From an uncultured Holophaga sp. (GTDB taxonomy: Bacteria > Acidobacteriota > Holophagae > Holophagales > Holophagaceae), in assembly GCA_963664825.1 (NCBI GenBank), contig OY761614.1:3392001-3456000 (forward strand): a stretch of DNA of 64,000 bases. Direction: 5' to 3'. The stretch's first letter is position 1. Every line of letters begins with the position of its first letter. The notes beneath the pieces were generated by a model. That model was given only the letters and a program-made list of their open reading frames with translations. It did not search any database and had not been told where the DNA came from. Made by a program: the position numbers and the translations under genes. Below are positions 8,749 to 17,375 of this stretch, piece after piece.

Positions 8749-10200
8749 ATGGCCAAGATCGATAAGTTCCTCACCACGATGGTGGGCCGAGGCGCGCCCC
8801 TGCTCCGCCTGGACCCCGGGGATACGCCCGTGCTGGAGCTGCCCGGCGGCCATCGCACCCCCTTGAGTGGCCAGGAACTCCTGGGCACGGTCCTGGACGG
8901 CCTCGCCAAGGAGATCCTCCCGGCCGAGCAGGAGACGGCCTACCTGCGGGGGGACAAGATCCAGTTCGACTACACCATGGACGGGGAGCGCTTTCAGATC
9001 CTGGTGGCCCGGTCCAATCTGGGCACGCGAATCGTCGTGGGCCGCATCCCCGGGAGCGGCGGCAAGGGCAGCGCCGGGGGGCCCCTCAAGGCCGCCAAGC
9101 TGGAACTCCTCGTCCAGCGGATGCTCGGCAATAGCGGGTCGGATCTCTACCTCAACACCGACGAATTTCCCATCCTGCGCAGGGATGGGAAGCTGGAGGT
9201 CCAGGACGATATCACGCCCCTGGGCTCCCGGGATCTGGAGGATCTGATCAAGCCCTGGGTGCCCACCCGGAACATGGAGGCCTATCTGGCGGGCCAGGAT
9301 ACGGAATTCTCCCACCAGGAGAGCGCCCTGCCCTGTCGGCTGCGGGTGAGCCTCTTTCATGATTCCACGGGCCCCGCCATCGCCCTGCGGGTGGTACCCA
9401 AGGAGATCCCCGGGGCCGAGATGCTGGGCCTGGGGGAAGCCGTGCGGCGCCTGGCCAGCCTCAACAAGGGCCTCGTGCTCCTCACGGGCCCCATGGGATC
9501 GGGCAAGAGCACCACCCTGGCCTGCCTGCTGGAGATCGCCCATCGCACCCGCAGGGACTTCATCATCGGCGTCTACGATGCGGTGGAATTTGAGCTGGGC
9601 AAGGGCGGATGCCTCACCCGCCAGCGGGAAGTGGGCCGGGACCCCGCGCGCCAGCGCCAGGCCCTCCGGGCCGCCCTCCGGCAGGCCCCCGATATCCTGG
9701 TCATCGACGAGATCCGCGATCCCGAGACCATCGATCTGGCCCTCCAGGCCGCTCATGCGGGCCACGTGGTCTTCGCCACCCTCCAGACGGCCTCCCTCCT
9801 GGACACCCTCACCTGCCTGGTGGATTCCTTCCCGATGGAGCGCCAGCCCTGGATCCGCACGCGCTTGGCGGGCTGCCTCAAGGCCATCATCGGCCACACG
9901 CTGCTGAGGAAACCCGCAGGAGGACGGGTCTCGGCCCTGGAGACCCTCTTCACGACCCCGGCCATCGCCGAACTGATCCGGGAGAACAAGCTGCCCCAGG
10001 TGGGCGCGGCCATGAAGGGCGGGCGCTACGGCCAGGAGACCCACGAGGAGGCGCTGGTGAGCCTCATCCAACGCGGCATCGTCGAGCCCATGGAGGCCTA
10101 CCTCAAGTGCCAGGACCGGGAGACCTTCATCAAGGCTTGCAAGAAGGCCGGCATCGATTTCGACCCCAGAGGCGAAGGGGCCATCACCACCGACGTCTGA
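8749..10200 (+). CDS. PilT/PilU-family ATPase with extra N-terminal domain and degenerate motifs
   Basis: GPMGSGKSTT Walker A, ALRQAPDILVIDEIRD, AIAELIRE (AIRNLIRE-like). Confidence 0.85.
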   Translation: MAKIDKFLTTMVGRGAPLLRLDPGDTPVLELPGGHRTPLSGQELLGTVLDGLAKEILPAEQETAYLRGDKIQFDYTMDGERFQILVARSNLGTRIVVGRIPGSGGKGSAGGPLKAAKLELLVQRMLGNSGSDLYLNTDEFPILRRDGKLEVQDDITPLGSRDLEDLIKPWVPTRNMEAYLAGQDTEFSHQESALPCRLRVSLFHDSTGPAIALRVVPKEIPGAEMLGLGEAVRRLASLNKGLVLLTGPMGSGKSTTLACLLEIAHRTRRDFIIGVYDAVEFELGKGGCLTRQREVGRDPARQRQALRAALRQAPDILVIDEIRDPETIDLALQAAHAGHVVFATLQTASLLDTLTCLVDSFPMERQPWIRTRLAGCLKAIIGHTLLRKPAGGRVSALETLFTTPAIAELIRENKLPQVGAAMKGGRYGQETHEEALVSLIQRGIVEPMEAYLKCQDRETFIKACKKAGIDFDPRGEGAITTDV

Positions 10201-10290
10201 GACCTCGACGGGGCCTGGGCCCTCAAGCATCCCATCGAGGAAGAGACCCGCCCGGGCTTGCCACGGCGAAGGCCCCCATGGCAAGGTGGA

Positions 10291-10473
10291 GATTCCGATG
10301 GAGGAGCGGTCCCCTATCAGTAGCGTCGGCGAGGGTGATGAGCCCCGTGACCCGCCGCGAAAGGGGAGGATCGCCGAAGGGATGCGGTTTTCTCATCAGC
10401 CAAATCCCTGGACGTCCGGGCTAAATCCCGGCGCCTGTCGCGGCAGAACACCGCGGAGTGCCAAGGGGAAGTC
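10291..10473 (+). promoter_or_regulatory. Lysine riboswitch (L-box) aptamer
   Basis: Conserved blocks in the expected order: GAGGAGCG, AGTA, GAAAGG, CGCCGAAG, TGG, TAAAT, CTGTC, GGAGTGCC. Kissing loop TGATGAG (10336-10342) pairs with CTCATCA (10392-10398). P1 is gattcc..tgg/cca..ggaagtc. Confidence 0.85.
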
Positions 10474-10528
10474 GCCAGGAGTTCCGCTCCAGTGTGCTCT
10501 TCAAGGCGCCATCGCAGCTGAGGCGGCT

Positions 10529-11632
10529 ATGAAGATTGGATGCACGGAAAACCGGAGAACCTGGATCACCCGATGGTTGCTGGAACTCTGTGACCGGGAC
10601 ACCACCTCCGGCCACGAGGATGCCATGCTGCCCGCCCTGCGCAGCCTGCTGGCGGAGCTGGGAGCCGAGATCCTTGAACAGCCTGTGGGCCCCGGCCGGA
10701 CTAATATCCTGGCCCTCTGGGGGGCGCCCCGGGTCCTCTTCTCCACACACCTCGACACGGTGCCCCCCTTCATCCCGCCCACCCTCGACGGGGATCTCCT
10801 CCGGGGGCGCGGGGCCTGCGAGGCCAAGGGCCAGATCGTGGCCCAGCTGGGCGCGGTGCGGGAGCTCCTCCAGGATGGGGTCGGCCACCTCGCCTGGCTC
10901 GGCGTGGTGGGAGAGGAGACCGATAGCGCCGGGGCCCGGGCGGCCCTGGAACTCTCCGCGCACCTGGCGGGGTGCCGAGCCCTCATCTGCGGCGAGCCCA
11001 CGGGACTCAAGCTGGCGACCGGACAGCGGGGCATCCGCCACTACGTGCTGCGATGCCGGGGCCGCGCCGCCCACTCCAGCCTATCCCAGGGGGGCAATTC
11101 AGCCCTCTGGCCACTACTGGACTGGCTGCAACGCCTCCGGGAGCTCCGCTGCGCCGAAGACCCCGAGCTGGGACCGGAATCCTGGAACCTCGGCCTCTTG
11201 GAGGGCGGGCAGGCCGTCAACGTGGTCCCGGACTACGCCGAGGCCCATCTGATGGTGCGGGCCTTCCCGGGAGGCTGCCTCGATGCCCGGGTGAGGGATC
11301 TGGCCCCGCCGGAAGGGGAGGTGGAATTGCTCCTCTGGGAACCCCATGACCGCTATCCCCGGCTGCGGGGCTTCGAATACGCCTCCATGCCCTTCGGCTC
11401 CGACGCGCCCTGCCTGCGCAAGCTGGCCCTGGACGGGATGGTCGTATTGGCCGGTCCCGGTTCCATCGCTTCGGCCCACGGCCCGGACGAATGCATCTCC
11501 CTCGATGAACTCGAGGCAGGCGTCGCCCTGAACGACCGGCTGGCCCGGCGCTTCCTCCGGGCCTGCAAGGATTCCGGCAATGTGCGGCCGGCCAAGCGAG
11601 GCCCGGTGCGCCATCTGAGCACTTCGGCCTGA
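10529..11632 (+). CDS. M20 family metallo-deacylase (ArgE/DapE/LysK-like)
   Basis: STHLDTV, GRGACEAKG, GEE, GEPT, AHS, AHGPDE motifs. Start placed downstream of the riboswitch. Confidence 0.85.
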   Translation: MKIGCTENRRTWITRWLLELCDRDTTSGHEDAMLPALRSLLAELGAEILEQPVGPGRTNILALWGAPRVLFSTHLDTVPPFIPPTLDGDLLRGRGACEAKGQIVAQLGAVRELLQDGVGHLAWLGVVGEETDSAGARAALELSAHLAGCRALICGEPTGLKLATGQRGIRHYVLRCRGRAAHSSLSQGGNSALWPLLDWLQRLRELRCAEDPELGPESWNLGLLEGGQAVNVVPDYAEAHLMVRAFPGGCLDARVRDLAPPEGEVELLLWEPHDRYPRLRGFEYASMPFGSDAPCLRKLALDGMVVLAGPGSIASAHGPDECISLDELEAGVALNDRLARRFLRACKDSGNVRPAKRGPVRHLSTSA

Positions 11633-11641
11633 ATTCAGCTT

Positions 11642-12892
11642 TCAGGAAGAGCTCCCTGCCCCAGGGAAGGCCCCCTGGATGACCCGTTTCGCCCCGAGGG
11701 GGAAGGGGCAGAGCTCGGCATCGTGGATCTCCAGATCCACTCCGGGGAAGGCCAGTTCCCCCTCCAGGGACCGACACGCATCCAGCCTGAGCACCAGCGT
11801 CGGCCTCTCCTTCCCCGCTCGCAGTGCGGCCTCGAAGGCCCGCACGGCGGGGAACCCGAACACCCGTTCGTCCAGCTGGTGGATGCTCAAGGTCCTCCCC
11901 TGCCCCAGGGCCAGCACATTCTCCAGGCGCCCCTCCACCCGCCCCAGGCGCGGGAGGACGCTGCCGCAGGGACAGGGACCGGTGATCATCCGAGCCATAT
12001 CGCCCGTGCGATAGCGGATGAGGGGCATGGCTGCCTGGCCGAGGGTGCTGAGGACGATTTCCCCCGGTAGGCCGGGCTCCACCGGAGCACCCGTCGCCGG
12101 GTCCAGGATCTCAAGGATCAGTTCAGGCCGCAGGTGGTGCCCCTCCCGGGCGGCACACTGCACGGCGCATCCGAAGCCGGTCTCGGTCAGGCCGTAGTGG
12201 GTGAACACCTGGCAGCCCCAGGTTTCCTCAATGGCTTGGATCACGCTTTGGGCCGCGTAATCGGCGCTCAGGAGGACCGTCCGGGGGCGCAGGGCAGGCT
12301 CCCTGCGGCACAGGTAAATCATCTGGGCCGGGGTCCCCACCAGGCATTGGGCCCCCCGCGCGGCTTCCAGGGCGTCGGAAGCCGACCAATCCCGAGCGCA
12401 TCGGGATACCCGCACCTCCAGGCGCTGGAGAGCCGCCTCCAGCAACCGGCCGACGCTATGTTCGGATTCCCCGGGCAGGAGGATCAGCGCCCGCTCACCC
12501 CGGGACACCAGGGCCTCCATGCCGTGTTCGAAAAAGTCCACGGTGCGCAGCAGATCCTCCCGGGTGAAGCAGATGCGCTTGCGGAGGCCGGTGGTGCCCG
12601 AGCTCGTCAGGGTGGTCACCCGGGCGACCTCCCGCTGAGGCACACACAGGAAGGCAAGAGGGTCCCTCGCCAGTTCCGCAGGCCAGGTGAAGGGCAGGCG
12701 CGCCAGCTCCTCTCTGGATGCGAGGGCCTGGGGGTCAAATGTCCCCAAGCGCTCAGCGTAGAAGCGGCTGTGGCCCCGGGCATAGGCAAGGAGCTCCCGG
12801 AGCCGTGCCATCTGCCAGCCTTCCAGGGACTGGGCCTGGAGCGCGGCCAAGCCCGTACGCTGCTGGGTCCAGGCCTCCAGGGGCGAAATCAC
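11642..12892 (-). CDS. Phenylacetate-CoA-ligase-like AMP-dependent ligase (DVU_1553-like)
   Basis: TSSGTTG, HYGLTE, PLIRYRTGD motifs. The GTG start overlaps the upstream stop codon. Confidence 0.85.
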   Translation of the reverse strand: MISPLEAWTQQRTGLAALQAQSLEGWQMARLRELLAYARGHSRFYAERLGTFDPQALASREELARLPFTWPAELARDPLAFLCVPQREVARVTTLTSSGTTGLRKRICFTREDLLRTVDFFEHGMEALVSRGERALILLPGESEHSVGRLLEAALQRLEVRVSRCARDWSASDALEAARGAQCLVGTPAQMIYLCRREPALRPRTVLLSADYAAQSVIQAIEETWGCQVFTHYGLTETGFGCAVQCAAREGHHLRPELILEILDPATGAPVEPGLPGEIVLSTLGQAAMPLIRYRTGDMARMITGPCPCGSVLPRLGRVEGRLENVLALGQGRTLSIHQLDERVFGFPAVRAFEAALRAGKERPTLVLRLDACRSLEGELAFPGVDLEIHDAELCPFPLGAKRVIQGAFPGAGSSS

Positions 12893-13530
12893 GGCTCTGC
12901 CTTCCGGGCGATGAGGAGGCCGTAGCCGCACCTCACGGCCCTGAGGGTCGCGGCGTCCGTACCCAGTTCCGCGCAGAAGGACTGGATCCCCCGCTCGAAA
13001 ACCAGCTGGCCCCAGAGGGATAGAAGGGCCTCCGAATGGTTCTCGAAGGACGCCAGGGTGAACCCTTGGCGCTGGACCCGCGCCTCCAATTCCCCTTGGG
13101 TCTCCAAACGCCCCAGGCAGCCCTGCAGGCGGGCTGGCACCCCCCGAGCGAACATATCGGAGATCACGAGATGCCCCCCCGGCCTCAGCACGCGATGGCA
13201 TTCCCCCAGGGCCGCGTCCGGGTCTTCCACCACAGATAGGCTGCACTCCAGCAGCACCCCATCCATGGCCTTGGATGAAACGGGAAGGCGCTCGGCCACG
13301 GCGCGGAACAGGTGGCCTGAGCTTCCAGTCGAGACGAATGCGGCATCGAGCCCGAAGGCCTCCAGGCCATGCCGAGCCCTCAGGTGCTCCACGGTGGCGC
13401 CCGCGCCGCATCCCACATCCAGGAGCCTGGCCCCGCAGGAAAACCCGCAGAAGGCCATGGCCCGATCCGTGAGGGCCAAGCCTCCGGGGCGTTGGAGCCA
13501 TTCCCGGGGTGAGACCAGACAGGATTTCAC
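12889..13530 (-). CDS. Class I SAM-dependent methyltransferase (DVU_1556-like)
   Basis: RPGGLALT, LLDVGCGAG, ECSLS, RVLRPGG. GTGA overlap with the radical SAM stop. Confidence 0.88.
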   Translation of the reverse strand: MKSCLVSPREWLQRPGGLALTDRAMAFCGFSCGARLLDVGCGAGATVEHLRARHGLEAFGLDAAFVSTGSSGHLFRAVAERLPVSSKAMDGVLLECSLSVVEDPDAALGECHRVLRPGGHLVISDMFARGVPARLQGCLGRLETQGELEARVQRQGFTLASFENHSEALLSLWGQLVFERGIQSFCAELGTDAATLRAVRCGYGLLIARKAEP

Positions 13531-14855
13531 GGACGCCACGCTGACAGGTAGTGCGCGCAGAAGGGCACCAGGCGCCCCTCATCGAACACGTGGAGGCTGC
13601 ACCGCCTCAGCCGCTCCAGGTCCAGGTTGCCCGCGTCCTGGAAGGCCATGGCCGTCACAGTGAAGCCGTGGGATTTCACCCGCTGGAGGAAGACGCCCAT
13701 ATCCCGCAGATCGCCGCCACAACAGCTGGTTTCAAGCTTGGGCGGGCGAAGCCAGCGCCTCCCCACAAAATCACGATTCTTCTCAGGGGCTGTGCGGTCG
13801 CAGCAGGACCCGCCCCTGCCGGGCCCAGAGAGGGAGACGAGCCGCCCCTGGGGATCCACGAGGAAATCGCCGTGGAAGCCGCAGAGGGGATGATCGCAGC
13901 GGGAGGGGAGCAGCTGCTCGACCTGGAGGCGCCCTTCCGTCTGCTCTTCGATGGCCACTAGGAGTTCGTCCAGGGTGAAGCGATGGGCATCGGTGGGGAG
14001 GCAGGGCATGCGTCCGAAGAAACTCACGGGCTGGAAGTGCACGCCGCGCACCGCCGGCGCCTGGGCGATGGCGAAGCGCAGGATCTCGCCGATGTTATGC
14101 GTATTCACGCCGGGCACCAGGGTCGGCACCAGGGTCACGCCCACATTGGCCGCCGCGCAGTGCTCGATGGCCCGCTGTTTTTCCCGCAGGAGCGGCCTGC
14201 CCCGCAGCCGCTCATGGATGGCATCCTCGGTCCCGTCGAATTGGAGGAAGACGAAGGAGAGGCCCGCCTTGGCAAGGGTCTGGGCATAGCTTGGATCTTC
14301 CGCGAGGCGCAGGCCATTGCTATTGAGCTGCACGTAGCGGCATCCCGCGGCCTTGGCCTGGGTGATGATTTGCGGGAGATCGTCCCGCAGCGTGGGTTCG
14401 CCGCCGCTGAGCTGGAGCAGCGTCTTTCCCGGTTCGACCAGTTGGAGGAGCCAGGCTTCAATCTGGCTCAAGGGGGGCTCGGGCCCTTCACCCCCTGCCG
14501 CGAAGCAGAAGGGGCATCCGAGATTGCAGCGCGGAGTGACCTCCAGGAGGACGCAGCAGGTCCCCTGGAGATGGTCCGGGCAGAGGCCGCAGCCCTCAGG
14601 GCAGCGGGAGGGGCCCAGGGGCCTCTCTTCGGCCCCTCCGATCCATTGGGCCATATCCACCTGCCCCCGCCACAGGAGGGTCTGGAAGGGGCCGTGTTCG
14701 GGACACGCCTTCCGGAGAAAGACATCCTGCCCCAGGCGCACCCGCTGGGCGGGCAGCTGCTTCAGGCAGATGGGGCAGACACTGAATGTCTCGTGGAGCA
14801 GCTCCGCGCAGGGTGCGGCTTCCCCCTGCCGGGCTTCGGGCGCTCCCCCTGCCAC
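13527..14855 (-). CDS. Radical SAM protein, TrsS/DVU_1554-like (Cys form)
   Basis: N-terminal SVCPIC..KACPEHG, CPEGCGLC, CNLGCPFC (CxxxCxxC), SGGEPT, FQDAGNLDLERLRRC, PFC. Confidence 0.88.
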   Translation of the reverse strand: MAGGAPEARQGEAAPCAELLHETFSVCPICLKQLPAQRVRLGQDVFLRKACPEHGPFQTLLWRGQVDMAQWIGGAEERPLGPSRCPEGCGLCPDHLQGTCCVLLEVTPRCNLGCPFCFAAGGEGPEPPLSQIEAWLLQLVEPGKTLLQLSGGEPTLRDDLPQIITQAKAAGCRYVQLNSNGLRLAEDPSYAQTLAKAGLSFVFLQFDGTEDAIHERLRGRPLLREKQRAIEHCAAANVGVTLVPTLVPGVNTHNIGEILRFAIAQAPAVRGVHFQPVSFFGRMPCLPTDAHRFTLDELLVAIEEQTEGRLQVEQLLPSRCDHPLCGFHGDFLVDPQGRLVSLSGPGRGGSCCDRTAPEKNRDFVGRRWLRPPKLETSCCGGDLRDMGVFLQRVKSHGFTVTAMAFQDAGNLDLERLRRCSLHVFDEGRLVPFCAHYLSAWRP

Positions 14856-15049
14856 TACTTGTCCTCCATCTGCATCTCGACTTCCGAGATGCGGCCCTTG
14901 GCCAGTTCCTCGGGAATGAAGACCTGGCCGCATCCGGGGCACCGGAGGACATCGGCGTAGAAGCTGTGGCCCAGATAGGTGAAATCCGTCTTCAGGGGCG
15001 TCAGGGCCTGCTGGCACCCATGGCAGATCAGCACAGGATTCTCCGCCAT
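14855..15049 (-). CDS. Small CxxC...CxxC redox/zinc-ribbon protein (DVU_1557-like)
   Basis: 64 aa: CHGC, YLGH, CPGCGQVFIPEELAKG..EVE..MEDK. Tightly packed in the operon. Confidence 0.85.
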   Translation of the reverse strand: MAENPVLICHGCQQALTPLKTDFTYLGHSFYADVLRCPGCGQVFIPEELAKGRISEVEMQMEDK

Positions 15050-15051
15050 CT

Positions 15052-17301
15052 TCAGCCCTCCTCGATGCTCATGCGGTGGCCGTAGGCGTTGAGGAGCTCG
15101 AAGCTGGCGCCGGGACCCGGCACGGCCCGGTACTCGGCCCAGTAGGTCATGTGGCCGATCAGGAGATGGCCGCTGAAACTATTCCGGGTCGGGTCGAACA
15201 CCTTTCGCCCGCTGCGTTCGCTCGCCTCGATGACGGCAGCGATATCGGTCTCCAGCAGGAGAGCCGCACTCAGCTTCTGCCGGAGCTCGGGCGCGATGTG
15301 AAGTTCCATGGGCGCCTCCTGCGGATCATCCAACTCCTTCAGTTCATCGGTCTCCTGCCAGAACGTCTCGAGCACCTGGCGCTTCAGGCGCATCCGGTTG
15401 CGCCTGCACTCGGTGACGGTGGGGGGCAGACGATCCGGCCCCTCCAGGCCGAAGATGATATCCAGGATGTGCCAGGCCCGCTTCCCCGCCGAGGCGAAGA
15501 TATCCCGACAGTTGATGCAGTAGGTGATGTAGGGATGGGCGCCCGCGGAGATGCGCGCCTTCACCATGTGCCGGGCGAAGGGCGGATGGGCCACCGAGAC
15601 CTGACCGCCCCAGCTGCAGCACTGGGCGAGGCGCCCCTCCATGGGCAGAGGCTCCAGGCGGAACCCAGCGCGCTGGGCCAGGGTGCGCACGGTCTGCTGA
15701 AGCTGGGGTTCCTCGCGGCTGGCGCAGGGATCGAAGACGGAGGCCGTCTCCCCCGGCGCCCCTTCGGCCATGGCCCCCTTTTCCAGGAGCAGGTCGTACA
15801 GGAAAACGCCTGGGATCTCCGGCAAGTGGCGCTCGAACATCTGCTTGCAGCTGGGACAGGCAAATACGACGACGGGGCGGCCCAGGGACTCCCAGGCCTC
15901 GCCAAACCGAGTCATCGTTTCATTGCGCAGGGGCTCGTCCCCCGCCCACTCGGCCGGGGCGCCGCAGCAGCCCAGGTGGAGGGCCGTATCCGGCCAGTGT
16001 TCCCGCAGGAAACGATAGCTCTCCGTGACGCAGCGCGGATTGGAGGCGCCCAGCTGGCAGCCGGGGAAAAAGAGATAGCGGCTCCTGACGCACCCCGAGG
16101 GCAGCCTGGAGAGGCCCGCCTCGCCATTGGCCGAGGCCATATCCCGCAGGAAGAAGTCATGCCAGGCCCAGGGCATGGCGCCTTTCTCGCGCATGGCGCG
16201 GTGGCCCTGCAGGAGGATCTCCCCCATATCGATATCCTGGGGGCAGACTTCCCTGCACAGACCGCACTGGCTGCACGTGGACATGAGGCGCGTGGCGAGG
16301 GTGCCATTGCCATCCAGGGTGCCGGGATGGACGCTGAGATGGACCTCTTCGGCGATGCGCGTGGGGGATTTCCGGAAGTAATCCATCAGGTCGCAGGCGC
16401 GGAGGCAGGCGTCGCAGGCGCAGCGCAGGCAGCGCCGGGCCTCCAGCTGGGCCTCTTCCTTCGAATAGCCCTCGCCCGAGGGGCGCAGGGCCTGGGTGGA
16501 AGCGAAGCGCCCGGGATCCATCTTCAGGCGGGTCCTGGGAGGATCTTCCGCGGGTTTCATGCCCCCGGACTTGAGGAAGTGCTCGATGGCGCCACAGGCC
16601 CGCAGGCCCTGGGCGAGAGCGTCCATGCTACCCGCCCCCGTCAGGGATCCTCCCAGGAAGGCGCCTGGACAGTGGCTGGCGAAGGCGCCCTCACGATTTT
16701 GGGCAAGGCCGAAAGCCTCGCCCCCGGCGCCCGTGGCCACGTATAGGGCGTCGCATTCCAGGGCCTCCAGATCGGTGATCTCCCGGTTCAGGCGCAAATC
16801 AAAGGGAGCGTGGGCGAAGGCCCTCGAAAATTCAGCAAGGAGAAGCTCCGAGGCCATGAGGCCGTGGAGGTGGCCTCCGATGCGAGGGCCCTTCTCGTAG
16901 ACCGTGACCGCATAGTTCTTTTCGGCCAGGCGCAACGCGCAGGCCAGGCCGCTGGGCCCGGCCCCGATGATGGCCACCTTCCAGGGCTTGGGGGGCACGT
17001 TGTAGCTGGTGGCTTCGGTGTTGCGGGCAAAGGCGAGGGAAGCCTGTTCCAGGAGGCGAAGTTCGATGGCCCCGCCGCAGGCCCCCCGGAGGCAGGACTC
17101 CTTGCAGGGTTCGGGACATAGGGCCGAGACCAGGCCCGGAAATCCCACGGCATTCTGGTAGGCCTTGTAGGCGGCCTGGAAGGCGCCGCGCTGGAGCTTC
17201 TCGATGAAGTCCCGCACATCCAGCCCGAAGGGACAGGCCACCATGCAAAAGGCCGGTTCATCCTGCAGGCAATCTTCGAGGCATCCGGGGGCGTGTTCCA
17301 T
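15052..17301 (-). CDS. Pyridine nucleotide-disulfide oxidoreductase / 4Fe-4S dicluster / CCG-domain protein (DVU_1558-like)
   Basis: GltD-like N-terminal Cys cluster, IIGAGPSG, CLRCACDAC, CSQCGLCREVCP, FFPGC, CCG, DPC, CCS. Confidence 0.85.
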   Translation of the reverse strand: MEHAPGCLEDCLQDEPAFCMVACPFGLDVRDFIEKLQRGAFQAAYKAYQNAVGFPGLVSALCPEPCKESCLRGACGGAIELRLLEQASLAFARNTEATSYNVPPKPWKVAIIGAGPSGLACALRLAEKNYAVTVYEKGPRIGGHLHGLMASELLLAEFSRAFAHAPFDLRLNREITDLEALECDALYVATGAGGEAFGLAQNREGAFASHCPGAFLGGSLTGAGSMDALAQGLRACGAIEHFLKSGGMKPAEDPPRTRLKMDPGRFASTQALRPSGEGYSKEEAQLEARRCLRCACDACLRACDLMDYFRKSPTRIAEEVHLSVHPGTLDGNGTLATRLMSTCSQCGLCREVCPQDIDMGEILLQGHRAMREKGAMPWAWHDFFLRDMASANGEAGLSRLPSGCVRSRYLFFPGCQLGASNPRCVTESYRFLREHWPDTALHLGCCGAPAEWAGDEPLRNETMTRFGEAWESLGRPVVVFACPSCKQMFERHLPEIPGVFLYDLLLEKGAMAEGAPGETASVFDPCASREEPQLQQTVRTLAQRAGFRLEPLPMEGRLAQCCSWGGQVSVAHPPFARHMVKARISAGAHPYITYCINCRDIFASAGKRAWHILDIIFGLEGPDRLPPTVTECRRNRMRLKRQVLETFWQETDELKELDDPQEAPMELHIAPELRQKLSAALLLETDIAAVIEASERSGRKVFDPTRNSFSGHLLIGHMTYWAEYRAVPGPGASFELLNAYGHRMSIEEG

Positions 17302-17375
17302 GGCCTTTGAGCTTCTCGCATGAAGGTCGGCCCGGGCAAGCCCGGGCCGACACGCGTGGGCAGATCCGGAAGGAA

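Noticed and set aside
10286..10528. N-terminal 81 aa of the 448-aa M20 ORF
   Set aside because: The segment overlaps the lysine riboswitch; the ATG at 10529 fits the family length better.
11642..13582. 646-aa ORF suggesting a long fused ligase
   Set aside because: The upstream part is an alternate frame over the methyltransferase; the ligase starts at GTG 12892.
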